Origin: Octopus vulgaris
Taxonomy: Eukaryota
Direction: 5' to 3'
DNA: 64,000 bases
Assembly: GCA_951406725.2 (NCBI GenBank)
Contig: OX597821.1
Span: forward strand, 79,980,001 to 80,044,000
In this document: piece after piece, positions 1 through 11,820 of the stretch
How positions within the stretch are numbered: position 1 is the first letter of the stretch
Layout: every line of letters starts with the position of its first letter
Translations under genes and position numbers: made by a program
Notes under the pieces: generated by a model
Told to the model about the DNA's origin: nothing
The model's input: the letters and a program-made list of their open reading frames with translations, nothing else
Database searches by the model: none

Positions 1-74
1 TATACGAAGTTTCAAATTGTTTGGTTCAGTAGGAAAAATTTGAAAAAACTGGCCTCAAAATAGAAAAGATCCGA

Positions 75-236
75 CAGGCTTCTATTATTTTCCGTCTACC
101 AAATTCACTCACAAGGCTTTGGTCAGCCTGAGGCTATAGTAGAAGACACGTGCCCAAGGTGCCACGCAGTGGGAATGAACCCAGAACCATGTGGTTGGTA
201 AGCAAGCTACATACCATACAGCCACTCCTGCGCCTA
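75..236 (-). mobile_element. SINE family A (tRNA-like head plus CORE-like CCTTGGGCAAG motif), 5' part
   Basis: Reverse complement reads GGCGCAGGAGTGGCTGTATGGT...GGTTCTGGGTTCATTCCCACTGCGTGGCACCTTGGGCAC and is nearly identical to the copies at 3090-3250 and 16077-16200. Confidence 0.85.
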
Positions 237-393
237 TCTAACGAGAAATTTCGCGTAGCGTCGGAATGTAGCATCAACTCCGAGGATAGGCCGATACAAC
301 ATAATAGCGATGCTGCAGGCTTTATCATTAGAACGCTGAGACTTGGAACAGATATCTGAAGGGTCCATCTTACGCATTAATTACTTAAGGATT

Positions 394-700
394 AAGGGTA
401 AAGACCCTCTTCGGTCACAAATGAGCATGGGGTTGCAAGGTTGTTTATGGGTGATCAGCAGTCGCCCATTCATACCTGTCTTCCCTCTCCGCGCCACTGA
501 TGTTGTCCAAGGGAAAAGCAAAGACCCATACAGCTTCGCACTAGTGATGTTGCGACTCATTTCTAAAGATGAGTGAACTGGAGCAACGTGAAATAAAGTG
601 TCTTGCTTAAGAACACAACATACAAACCAGTTCGAGAATCGAACTCACTACCCCACGATTTTAAACCCGATGCTCTAACCACTGAGCCATGCGCTTTCAC
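394..700 (-). mobile_element. SINE family D (tRNA-like head, TTCTTGAGCAAGACACTT-type domain) with an RTE-like 3' part
   Basis: The head and central domain match 13066-13200, 42170-42310 and 58700-58845. The tail resembles RTE-derived SINE tails (recalled, not searched). Confidence 0.7.
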
Positions 701-1015
701 ACAATCACTTAAGGACATATATTTTTATTGACACCGAATGAATAAAAAGTAAAGTCGATCCTTTATGGATTTTGAACGGAATTAGTTTACTCACGTGTAT
801 GCTAAGTACCATTTTGATGTATATCTATAAGCTGCCGTCGCTTGGTGGTCAGTGGGCTTATTCAGACACTGACGATGTCTAATGAAGCAGAAACTATGGG
901 AATTGTTCTCCTGTCTATGATGTTTTACTGAGGATATGGGGTACATAGTCAAAATACATCACAAACCAACAGGACTCTATATGCTATAAAAATTCAAAAA
1001 ATAAATTTCTTTATA

Positions 1016-1545
1016 GGTACTGGCATGGCTGTGCGGCTTGTGAGCTCGCTTTGCATTCCCGTGGTTTCTGACCCAGTCCCATTAAGCAGCGCCCAGAGAA
1101 AATGTATTCTACTGACCAACACCTTATGTATGAATTTGGTCGACAGAGTTTATATGGAAGCCCATCATATGTATAAATATATGTATATTTTTATTAATAT
1201 TTGGCGGAAGCAACAGAGTGACTCAAGGTCTGAGAGTTTCCTGCGTTGGCTCTTATGACTCTCGAACCTAGAGTCACTCTCTGGCTTTCGCTAAATATTA
1301 ACAATTAGTCTTATTTTTCCTGTTTGCATCACCGTACCTATAAATATATGTATAAATTTTTATGTGTGTATGTCTCTATGTCTGTGTTACTCCTTAACCG
1401 ATTCTTGACAACTAGTATTGGTTTGTTTACGTCCCTGTAAATGAATGGTTCGGCAAGAAAGACCGATAGAATAAGTGTCAAACTGAAAAAAAAAAAGAAC
1501 TGGAGTCAATTTAACCGGCTAAACCCTTCTAGGAGATGCCCCAGC
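1016..1545 (+). mobile_element. Diverged SINE family A copy, interrupted by a fold-back element at 1191-1340
   Basis: The degenerate head (1016-1165) and tail (1375-1545; GGTTCGGCAAGAAAGACCGATAGAATAAGT) align to full-length family A copies. Confidence 0.7.
1191..1340. mobile_element. Penelope-like terminal fragment in fold-back form with degenerate hammerhead halves
   Basis: Inverted arms at 1191-1237 and 1258-1304. Both carry ACTC-loop-GAGT-C (stem III plus GUC triplet). Same family as 2625-2790. Confidence 0.6.
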
Positions 1546-2548
1546 AAGATAACAGATAAACAGGATATGTGTGTATTCACAATAACACACATACACTAAC
1601 ACACTCAGGCGCTCGCATACACAAGCATGTAGCAATATTCAAATTATGTCTTGCTAGTCGATAATATGCAAGAATTCCTCATAAAATTACTGGAATCGAT
1701 ATAATCTACACTCACCCATCTACTTTCTTCCTTTGTGAAAGAAATCATCATTGTTTTAACAGTTTATATTTTGGTGTTTATTCTGAACATTTGGGAGGCA
1801 GGAAACCGCTGACTCCAACTTATATAAAACATCCTTTAATATAAACCATTCCACTTTCGTATTCTTTGTTGTATTATTGTCTGGAATATATCAGCCTCTT
1901 CCCAGCTTAATCAAACTGTAACTTGAAAACATATCTTCATCTCAAGTGTAAGCTTGTACTTATTTTATCTTAATTTTGAAGAGTTCTTCTCGTACAGTCG
2001 CTGATTTCATTTTACGCTCGCTCCCTAAAGTAAGCGGAAACTTAATACACATGTTGACAAATAGATTGTAAATGGTAAAGATTCCAAGGATATGTGCAGA
2101 ATCTCAAAATGATTATCTGGCGGGCTGAGATTTCTCACAGAAATTACCAAAACGTATTCAGAATGAATCGGAAAGAAAAATAAAGTAATGTTGATATTGT
2201 TGGCAATGTAAATAATTTTGTATTTTAGTCTTATACAAATTGTGCTTTATCTACTTTATTTGTAAAGTCAATGAGTTTCTCTTTTTTTATTGATTTATTT
2301 CGATGTATTTTTGTTCATGCGTTTTTCTCTCTTTTTAGAAATAGAAAGTTGCGGCACCTCCGTATAACTTACAAAATCATTAATCTTTCCTTTTGTCAGT
2401 GAATTGCCGTGAAAATCTTCGGAATAGTTTAGCCTTTATTTCAAGTTTTTTATTTTGTTTTCGGAGCTCAGGAAATTGGAATCTGAAGGTAAATTTGTAG
2501 ACAGCTAGACACAAATAGGGCAGATGATAACTGTGACAAAAATGAACT

Positions 2549-2614
<66 letters not shown>

Positions 2615-2624
2615 GAGGAATGTT

Positions 2625-2790
2625 GGTGCAAACAGGAAAAATAAAACTCAAAATATGACCATATTTATATATTTATTAATATTTAGCAGAAGTAAAAGAG
2701 TGAATCAAGGTCACTGAATTTCGTGTGTTGACACTTCTTAAAGGGTTTGATAAATGCCAACGCACGAAACTCTCGCACCTTGAGCCAGTC
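2625..2790. mobile_element. Penelope-like terminal fold-back with two degenerate type I hammerhead motifs
   Basis: Plus strand 2747-2786: TTGATAA-ATGC-caac-GCAC-GAA-ACTC...GAGC-C. Minus arm: GTGT-caac-ACAC-GAA-ATTC...GATT-C. Confidence 0.6.
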
Positions 2791-2831
2791 TAAATGTTTA
2801 TACGTATGTATATATGTATATATATATATAC

Positions 2832-3247
2832 TCTTACTCTTTTACTCTTTTACTTGTTTCAGTCATTTGACTGCGGCCATGCTGGAGCACCACCTTTAGT
2901 CGAGCAAATCGACCCCAGGACTTATTCTTTGTAAGCCCAGTACTTATTCTATCGGTCTCTTTCGCCGAACCGCTAAGTGTCGGGGACGTAAACACACCAG
3001 CATCGGTTGTCAAGCAATGCTAGGAGGACAAACACAGACACACAAACACATATACACACACATATATATATATATATACATATATACGACAGGCTTCTTT
3101 CAGTTTCCGTCTACCAAATCCACTCACAAGGCATTGGTCGGCCTGGGGCTATAGCAGAAGACACTTGCCCAAGATGCCACGCAGTGGGACTGAACCCGGA
3201 ACCATGTGGTTGGTTAGCAAGCTACTTACCACACAGCCACTCCTGCG

Positions 3248-3250
<3 letters not shown>
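2832..3250 (-). mobile_element. Full-length SINE family A
   Basis: Complete head, CCTTGGGCAAG-type domain, internal (TA/TG) tract and AAAAGAGT-repeat tail. High identity to 16077-16440 and 23755-24178. Confidence 0.92.
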
Positions 3251-3293
<43 letters not shown>

Positions 3294-3337
3294 TATACAT
3301 ATAGAGAGAGTTCTATATTTAAGAGATGGGGAATCAT

Positions 3338-3424
3338 GTACATTATTTACATTTGACGGATATTTGTCCTCATCTTGTTTGTTGTTAAAACAAGATGAGG
3401 ACAAATATCCATCAAAGGTAAATA

Positions 3425-3430
<6 letters not shown>
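3338..3430. repeat. Fold-back with about 43-bp arms, probably a Penelope-like terminus
   Basis: CATTTGACGGATATTTGTCCTCATCTTGTTT pairs with AAACAAGATGAGGACAAATATCCATCAAAGG across a short spacer, between (TA)n tracts. Confidence 0.75.
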
Positions 3431-3462
<32 letters not shown>

Positions 3463-3632
3463 ATAATAAGTAAATGGTAAAATTAATTAATTAATTGATA
3501 ATTAATAATTTTACCAAGTAGTTCGGTATGTTAAAAGAACCATTATCGGTAACCTTATACAAAAATTCTTAGAATTATGAGAATTTATATGTATATGTAT
3601 ACATATATATATATATATATATATGTATATGT

Positions 3633-3675
<43 letters not shown>

Positions 3676-3676
<1 letters not shown>

Positions 3677-5228
3677 TAGCATTATGACCCGTCGTTGCCG
3701 GGTCATAGTGCTAGTGCATGTATATATGTGTACATATTACATGTACTTCTATATATATACATCTACACATAAAATACAAAATACAAAGTTATATCTTGAT
3801 ATCGCTAGTGATAACAATACTCAGAATATATAACAGACTGGAATTGTAGGCCCATGTCTTGCAATTTCGATCAATTGTATCTTGTCCTCCCTCTTGTATA
3901 GAAGTGTGACTACAATCCAGCCTACTTCTACTTCGGGGGGGGGGGGGGCATTAAAAATTTTTATCCGGGACGTCCTACGTCCCAGATATAAAGGTAAAAA
4001 TAAAATATTTCCACTTTGTAAGGTTCGAGTCGAGTACTCCTTTGCACGCTCCTTTGACTCAAACCTTGCTTCTATTGTGGCGAATTTACCGCCTCTGGTT
4101 AGATATCTTTCATAGTCACACCAAGACACTTTTCGATGGTGCTTTCCTCCAGGTATTCAAATCTTTATTTTTTCTCTATATTGTATACTTTATAGACAAT
4201 AGTCTTTTCTTTAATTTAATTTTTTATTTCGTTTGGTGGTGTTATCCTAGATTCACCGTCTTTGTCGGTGATCAATCCGTATTTCTTCCATTTTAATTTT
4301 AATGAGTTCGCGCCCGTCGACGGCTGCAACGAAATTCATTTTTGGACTTTCTTCTATCGAAGGCATTCTAACAAAAATGCTTCCGTGTAAACGGTAAAAA
4401 TAATGTCAATTTCCCCAAACGGACACAATTCAATTTTTAAACAATAACCAAAGCTCCTTCTCCAAAAGGGGGAGGGTTACAGTTTACAATTATTTAACAA
4501 ATGCAACACAACAAAGTTTCCTTTACGAGGAACCAACAAACGTGATAACAATAATTAAACAGTAATAATAATAACAACAAACCTTACGATGAGTCAGAAA
4601 GCAGTAAGCAGTTGAAGCTTTAATTCTTTATGTATAAGATATAAACCAACCGCAGTACTCTGTAGGAGCGGCTGTTCAAGAAAACAGATATTACATACAG
4701 CCAAACTTCATATAGATACTTAATGCTAGCTAATTAGCAGATAATCTAATGTAAAAGCACAGCTCCATCTGGACTATTCCATTTCTGCACGTTAATTTTA
4801 TTTTTTATTTATTCCCATTCATGTGAAACCACTGATTCAAGTTCAAGTCATTGATGCAATTTTATACCAATTGCTATTTTTACTTTTGTTATGTTACGAT
4901 TATATTATACATTAGTTTGATTTTAATTATTACTTACTACATATAATTCAATTGTTATTATTATTTTTATTGTTAAAGTGAAAGCATCTGACATAAAATA
5001 GAGAAACGATTTTGTTTCACTTTTAATACGTAATACTGAAATAGTGGAGAAGATATGATATTGCTATGTGCTCGCTCTAGGCAAGAAGTTGAACATTTTT
5101 TTGCCGATGACACTCCCTGGACCCTAAGCAAGGCATGTGTAAAATTTGAATGAAATTGGTTGTGTAGTTCTCAAGTTTTAGGGAAACACACAGACAGACA
5201 GACACACATTCTCAATTTTATATATATA
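3676..5228 (-). mobile_element. Non-autonomous Helitron-like element, copy 1
   Basis: On the minus strand it ends in hairpin GACCCG-gcaacga-CGGGTC followed by CTAG|T. The 5' end is TATATATAAAATTGAGAATGTGTGTCTGTCTG, typical of microsatellite-bearing non-autonomous Helitrons. It is duplicated immediately downstream. Confidence 0.75.
3830..4290 (-). pseudogene. Captured, frameshifted ORF fragment resembling non-LTR retrotransposon ORF1 (RRM-like)
   Basis: KEKTIVYKVYNIEKK*RFEYLEESTIEKCLG, then a frameshift, then RYLTRGGKFATIEARFESKERAKEYSTRTLQSGNILFLPLYLGRRTSRIKIFNAPPPPEVEVGWIV. Composition is complex and protein-like. The ORF1 assignment is from recall only. Confidence 0.45.
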
Positions 5229-6330
5229 TTAGCATTAAAGACCCGTCGCTGCCGGGTCATAGTGCTAGTGCATGTATATATGTGTATATATATGTGTACA
5301 TATTACATGTACATCTATATATATACATCTACACATAAAATACAAAATACAAAGTTATATCTTGATATCGCTAGTGATAACAATATTCAAAATATATAAC
5401 AGACTGGAATTGTAGGCCCGTCTCTTGCAATTTCGATCAATTGGATCTTGTCCTCCCTATTGTATAGAAGTGTACGGCTGCAGCGAAATTTATTTTTGAA
5501 CTTTCTTCTATCGAAGGCATTTTAACAAAAATGCTTCCGTAAAGACGGTGAAAATATTGTCAATTTTCCCAAACAGGGACACAATTCAATTTTTAAACAA
5601 TAACCAAAGCTCCTTCTCCCAAAGGGAGAGGTTTACGGTTTACAATTATTTAACAAATGCAACACAACAACGCTTCCCTTACGAGGAACCAACAAACGTG
5701 ATAACAATAGTTAAACAGAAATAATAATAACAACAAAGCTCCCGGTAAACCAAAAAGCAGTACTCTGTTGAAGCTATAGGCCTTTATGGATCAGAAATAA
5801 ACTAACAGCGGTACTCAGTAGAATGCTTAATGCTAGCTAATTAGCAAATAATCTAATGTAAAAGCCGTGCACACCTCCATCTGTACTATTCCATTTCTGC
5901 ACCTTTATTTTTATTTTTTATTTATTCCCATTCATGTGAAACCACTGATTCAAGTTCAAGTCGTTGTTGCAATTTTATACCAATTGCTATATTTCTATTT
6001 TTGTTATGTTACGATTATTTTATACTTTAGTTTGATTTTAATTATTACTTACTACATATAATTCAATTGTTATTATTATTTTTATTGTTAAAGTGAAAGT
6101 ATCTGACATAAAATAGAGAAACGTTTTTATTTCACTTTTAACACGTAATACTGAAATAGTGGAGAAGATATGATATTGCTATGGGCTCGCTCTAGGCAAG
6201 AAGTTGAACATTTTTTTGCCGATGACACACCCTAAGCAAGGCATGTGTAAAATTTGAATGAAATTGGTTGTGTAGTTCTCAAGTTTTAGGGAAACACACA
6301 GACAGACAGACAGATAGACGCACATTCTCA

Positions 6331-6345
<15 letters not shown>
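5229..6345 (-). mobile_element. Non-autonomous Helitron-like element, copy 2 (tandem, internally deleted)
   Basis: Colinear with 3676-5228 but lacks the segment equal to 3908-4319 (junction GAAGTGT|ACGGCTG near 5473). Confidence 0.75.
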
Positions 6346-6374
<29 letters not shown>

Positions 6375-7539
6375 CTAAATTATTTTTTCTTATCAAGCCT
6401 GTATTAATTTAGAGATTCTTCTGTAGCTTAGGAGTATTTTGACTTCTACTTTTAGCGAAGCAGGTTCTTATGTCGTATCCTAGTATATATGAATATATTT
6501 ACATATCTTATATATAGTTATTAATTTTGCTTATACGGCTTTTACGCTCGCGGCCACTAACGTTATTAGTTTTAGGAATAATAATGTTCTCTTTAATATA
6601 TATATATATATGGAGAGAGAGAGAGAGTGAGAGAGGGAAAGAGAGAGAGAAAGAGAGAGAGGGGCATGGATACTTTTTTACTCCTACCCTAATCCCCCAC
6701 TCAAACTCTTCCCAAAAAGTTCACACACTCTGCCAAAGTTGTAAAGGCAATCAGAAATCAGTAAGTCTCCTTACGTAAATGAATCGAGTGTTATGAAAAC
6801 ATATTTGTCTGAATGAGCTTATTCCCCGAAGGCGAAACACGAAGCGAATAGCATACCGATGTTCGAATCAACCGGAACGTATTCAGAATGATTATGTAAG
6901 TAATCAGTTTGAATCTCGTTGTTCATCGTTAACATGTTATTATTTTATTGTTTGGCAGATAGCGCGCCTCAGTAAATTATTTGTTAAAGTTATAAACGAG
7001 ATCCACAAACTCTTGTTAGATTAGTCTGAAGTATCTTCATCTGAGGAGTGAAAACAATGTCGAAAAAAAAAACCGAGTAACTCAAAGTCCCCTTATACTA
7101 ATGAATCGAGTGTGTTATGGATACACACTCGTCTGAAAGGAGAAGTTGTTGCAAGTATTCTCTATTTTGCTATAAAGTGTCTCGAGCATTTGATGCTGCT
7201 ACATCCAATTGCTGCAACACGTTGTTCGCGACTCCTTCATTGTTCTGCACACCCAACACTCCTGAATGACTTGATATAGCTGGGCATGAAGCGTTTCTGT
7301 ACAGCCGTTTTGGCCCCGCTTATTTGGCGTCACTGATTCAACGTTGACTTATTTGGTACTAGGGACCTTTTAACACTCTGAAAATTTTGTTTATATTCTA
7401 ATTGACAACCGATTCGTAACCACAGCTACTAACTATTCAATTACTAAACGGTTTTTAACTTTCTGAGTGAAGGTGTTGATGTAGATTATTTTAATTAGTT
7501 AATTGAAATCCATCCATCTGTCCGTCCGTTCGTCCGTCC

Positions 7540-7591
<52 letters not shown>

Positions 7592-8330
7592 ACCTATCTA
7601 TCCATCTATCTATCTGTGTGTATCTTTATACATGCGCGTTAGTGTGTGCGTGTGTTTGCCACCAGTGCTAAAAAGTACTCTCGCCTAAATAGCTTCATGT
7701 CCAGTCAGCTATGCCAAATCACCATCGTCCAATCAACTGCGCCCAACCGCCTCATTCCGGATAAAGTCGTTGGGTGCGGCTTTCTTTCTTCTCTCTAAAC
7801 ACACACACACAATTACACAAATATAAACTCACAAGCCTCACAGATACTAAGAAGTGCAACAAACAATAAAAATCAAATTTAGGCATAAGAAAGACATAAA
7901 ATGAAGAATTACACAAACATTCCTGCGGTGTCTCACAACCAAAATATCAACTCCATACTTGTATGTGCAGTTGAAGCTTATAATAATATTTTTAAAAAAA
8001 GGTTAAAATGAAGACGAGAGCAAAGGAAAGATGAGGAGGAGGAGGACGAGGAAGAGGAGGAGAAGCACAGCTGAAATATGAAATGTATTTTGAATAGGAA
8101 TAGAAGCATGTTGGCGTTAAATTCAGTGTTAAGTATCCCGCACTTAAATTCTCTCTTTCTCTCTCTCTCTCACACACACACATAGACATACACACGCAGA
8201 CAGACATAGACACACACACACACTACACACTCGAGTACGCACATAGATACACACACTAAATACATATACATCCACGCTCACGAACATACACACACACATA
8301 ATGATACACAAACATATAATATATCTCTCT

Positions 8331-8426
<96 letters not shown>

Positions 8427-8445
8427 ACGTTCGTACGTATATATG

Positions 8446-8490
<45 letters not shown>

Positions 8491-8514
8491 TCGTGCGTGT
8501 GTGAGTGTGTATCT

Positions 8515-8710
8515 AACTTGCCTGAAGAGCCTACGTTCCTTACAGGTGAAACTCAGAGTATCAAGAAACTGACTCGACCAGAATAATGTGTGTGTGTGTG
8601 TGACCTCATATGTTGAAACATATTTTCTTGTAACTTTGGAGGGTCATTGTGCCAATAATAAACACACGTATGTTAGTTCCATTCTCCCCCTTTTACTGTT
8701 TATTTGTCAA
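8515..8710 (+). mobile_element. Penelope-like terminal repeat fragment with a minimal hammerhead motif
   Basis: CTTG-c-CTGAAGA-GCCT...AGGT-GAA-ACTCAGAGT-A-tCAAG has an intact catalytic core, a palindromic stem III and a GUA triplet. Confidence 0.6.
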
Positions 8711-9519
8711 TTGCTCAACTCTGAAGCAGAACTGAAATAGAGAGAGGAATCATTAATGAGGTCGCGATCGGTAACGAAAAGACTTTGCCAAACTTGATCT
8801 ATCATAGATTGATTAACCGAACAAATAATCAAGCAATCAAATAGTTAACCAATTGACAAATAAATAAATTAATAAATAACAAGGCAGTGAAATAGTACCT
8901 GTGCGTGTGTTTATTGCTGGCAAAATGACCTTCTCGAGGTATAATAAAATATCCAGTACTTTTGTCGAAATTTGTAGAGCAGTTGATAAAGTTTGTGATA
9001 ATGATCCTGAGTGGGAATGAATGTTATGGCATTGAAAGATGCGTGGACATGATGTTGAAACCCAACCATGACATCTTGGAAGAAAGAAGAAGAAAGTCGC
9101 TGCTCACAACACTCTATAGTAGTTCGTGATGAAGAAGAGAAAAGGAGTCCACAAAACATGACGACCATCAGACTCGAACATCTCATTGTCACATTAAATA
9201 TTAGTGAAAGAATCAGACAACGGCGCCAAGACGCAATCAAGCGATGACATTCAAAAGTTTACCAAAAAGAAATGTAAAAAATTTCAGTTGTTTTATGTTT
9301 AAACATACATGAACCATATTTGAACGTTTAAAATATTTCGCTACTTTATAAAAAAAAAGTGCAGCGATGTAACTACAATTTAGTAAAATTTTAGTAAGTC
9401 CGGAGACGAATTTTACTTAACTATATTGTGACTGGGTCTTGTTTTCTGACTTCTCATTTTACATTGCGCTTCTAGTGGGAACATAAATCTAAAATAATTG
9501 AAACCACGTTTTGCTCTCC

Positions 9520-9725
9520 GGGTTAATAGACCATATATTATAGTGAAAATCTACATTGCCAAAACATGTTCGCTAATAGATATGTCAATCGCAGCAAAGT
9601 TTCACACATTTGTGAAAACGTTTGAAAAGTTAAGTAAATTCAAGGATCTTGAAGTAGATTTCTCGAAAATGAGGCATCTAAGAACGACAACTGTACCTGT
9701 GATCGTTGGTGCTTTGGGAATGTAT
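9520..9725 (+). pseudogene. Restriction-like endonuclease (PD-D/ExK) domain fragment of an R4/Dong-clade non-LTR retrotransposon
   Basis: NRPYIIVK...TCSLIDMSI...FEKLSKFKDLEVDFSKMRHLRTTTVPVIVGALG matches the RPD..IDM..EK..KY.DL..PVIIGALG signature. The catalytic D in RPD is mutated to Y. Confidence 0.8.
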
Positions 9726-10589
9726 CAAATGGAACCCTGAAATACTATACTATGGTCAAATGAAAAGAAAACCAAAAGTATCTCGTCACCAAAAATTTGT
9801 TTCATACGTCAATCTGAATATATTTTCATCTTTTAAATCCTTTCAAAATCGGAAATATCACAACAAAGTTTTAGCGAATTCTTAATTCTTAGGATTTAGA
9901 CCTTCCTTCTGTGAAATATATCATTACTACAAGACAACAAGAACGAAAACATACGCATAAAAATGGTAATAATAATAATACTAATGTAATGTAATATAGT
10001 GTACACACACACACACACACACACGTATATAAACACATGCACACACATACAAACACTGTTGGATTTCTGAGATTGTTATTCAAAATACATGCAAAATTAC
10101 CACCCCAGACGCTTCCATCTGTCTTGTTATTACGCATTCTGAAACACTTAAGATTGTTTTCTACGTACGTGTATATATATATATATATACACATGTGTAT
10201 ATGTATGTGTTTGAAGGTGTGTGTGTGTATGTATGCTTTAATAAATAGTCTTGTAATGGCGACAATGTAAGATAAGGGCCAATACGAAGAAACCACACGA
10301 AAATTCTTTGGTCGAAAAAACCGTTTCCTCTAAACTGTACAAAACAATAACCACAGTTAAATGTGGTAGCAATTGATGGAAAATACTAAACAAAAATGTA
10401 TTTATCTTTAGTGGCTGACATGTGTTCAAGCGAATGGCGTTGTTTTTAAGACTGGGTTGTTAATTGTGTATTAATCACCTTCAACACGAGAGTACTTCGT
10501 AATAACTACTCAAAAAAAAAAAAGAAGAATCTAAAAGATATATATACACACAAGTGAGATTGTAATGCAGCTTTTTATATAATTGTTTA

Positions 10590-10678
10590 TTGTATCATCA
10601 TCGCCATTATCATCGTCATCATCATCGTTGTCATCGCCATCATCATCATCATCATCATCATCATCGTCATCTTCACCG

Positions 10679-10708
<30 letters not shown>
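10590..10708. repeat. (TCA)n microsatellite
   Basis: Direct reading. Confidence 0.95.
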
Positions 10709-10709
<1 letters not shown>

Positions 10710-11059
10710 TTAACATTTCTATTGCAGAAAAAAAATCAAAAGAACATCCAGATTGGATCTCCAGTTTAAGAGAGACCGCCTTCCTTCCTCGCCCACTCAT
10801 CAGAAGCTGTGTCTTCACTCCTGATTTAAAACACGAAGAAAAATGTTCGTCGAATTAACATAGTCGGGTTATCTTCGTTGTAAGTATCGACATCTCCTCT
10901 GATTACCCGCCACCCCGCAACACAACCGCTGCCTAAATTCCATACGCTGTCATTACCAACGAATCTGGTTTCGAAACGCGGCCGATATTAGTTATCTCCT
11001 GTTTTCAGAACAAGGGAGAGCGACGGGAAGATTACCGAGCATTCTCGATAGAATACTAA

Positions 11060-11520
11060 TCAGACATCATCATCATCATTATCAGCGTCACCGTCACCTA
11101 CACCTCCCACCACTATCCTCCCCCGCCTCAGCATCACCGTGACATTCACTTCCACCACTATCCACTTCCTCCTCCTTCTCCTCCTCTTCATCATCATCGT
11201 CATCATCATCATCATCATCACTCCCACCAGTATCCACTTCCTGCTCTTCCTCCTCCTCCTCATCAGCATCACCGTGACATTCACTCCCACCACTATCCAC
11301 TTCCTCCTTCTCTTCTTCATCCTCCTCCTCCTCCTCATCATCATCATCATCACCACCGTCACTCGTCACCATCACTTCCACCTCCTCACCAGTGCCATCA
11401 TCGTCGTCTTCCTCCTCCTCACCATCAACACCGTCACTCATCATCGTCATCTTCGTCCTCATCATACTCATCCTCTTCATCACCTACCATCCTGCCACCG
11501 CCGCAACCACCGGTGCCGCC
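11060..11520. repeat. TCA/TCC-rich low-complexity tract with internal direct repeats
   Basis: CAGCATCACCGTGACATTCACT(T/C)CCACCACTATCCACTTC occurs near 11128 and near 11262. Confidence 0.85.
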
Positions 11521-11674
11521 AGCGCACCACCTGCAATAGGGTACTTAATTTATCGTAGCCGAAGATACTCAGGTACATCGATAACTATTACATTTCTGTT
11601 TCGGTGTTGCCCAAAAGGAAAAACAGATATGTCACTCAAGATTAATATAATCAGTGTTTATTATAAACTTATAC

Positions 11675-11820
11675 ATTTGCGTTCGAATCCAACCGTGGTC
11701 AAGTTTGCCTTTCATTATTTAGAGTTCGATTAAATAAAATACCAGTCAGGTATTGAATTCGATGTAATCGATTAAACACCTTCCCCACTCCACATTGCAG
11801 GCTTTATGAGTAAATTGAGA
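11675..11820 (+). mobile_element. Diverged SINE family B (Nin/Deu-domain-like)
   Basis: GGTCAAGTTTGCCTTTCAT...GATTAAATAAAATACCAGT...CGATGTAATCGA matches the family B core. Confidence 0.65.

Noticed and set aside
865-910. CTGACGA...GAAAC hammerhead-like string
   Set aside because: Stem III and the cleavage triplet cannot be formed convincingly.
8911-9240. Purine-rich segment suggestive of a DNA transposase remnant
   Set aside because: No DDE-family motif could be aligned with confidence.
11094-11483. Acidic D/E-rich 129-aa ORF with repeated EVDSGGSECHGDA
   Set aside because: It lies in a TCA/TCC low-complexity tract that is open in several frames. The frame is not continuous with the nearby acceptor-like site, and no domain is recognisable.
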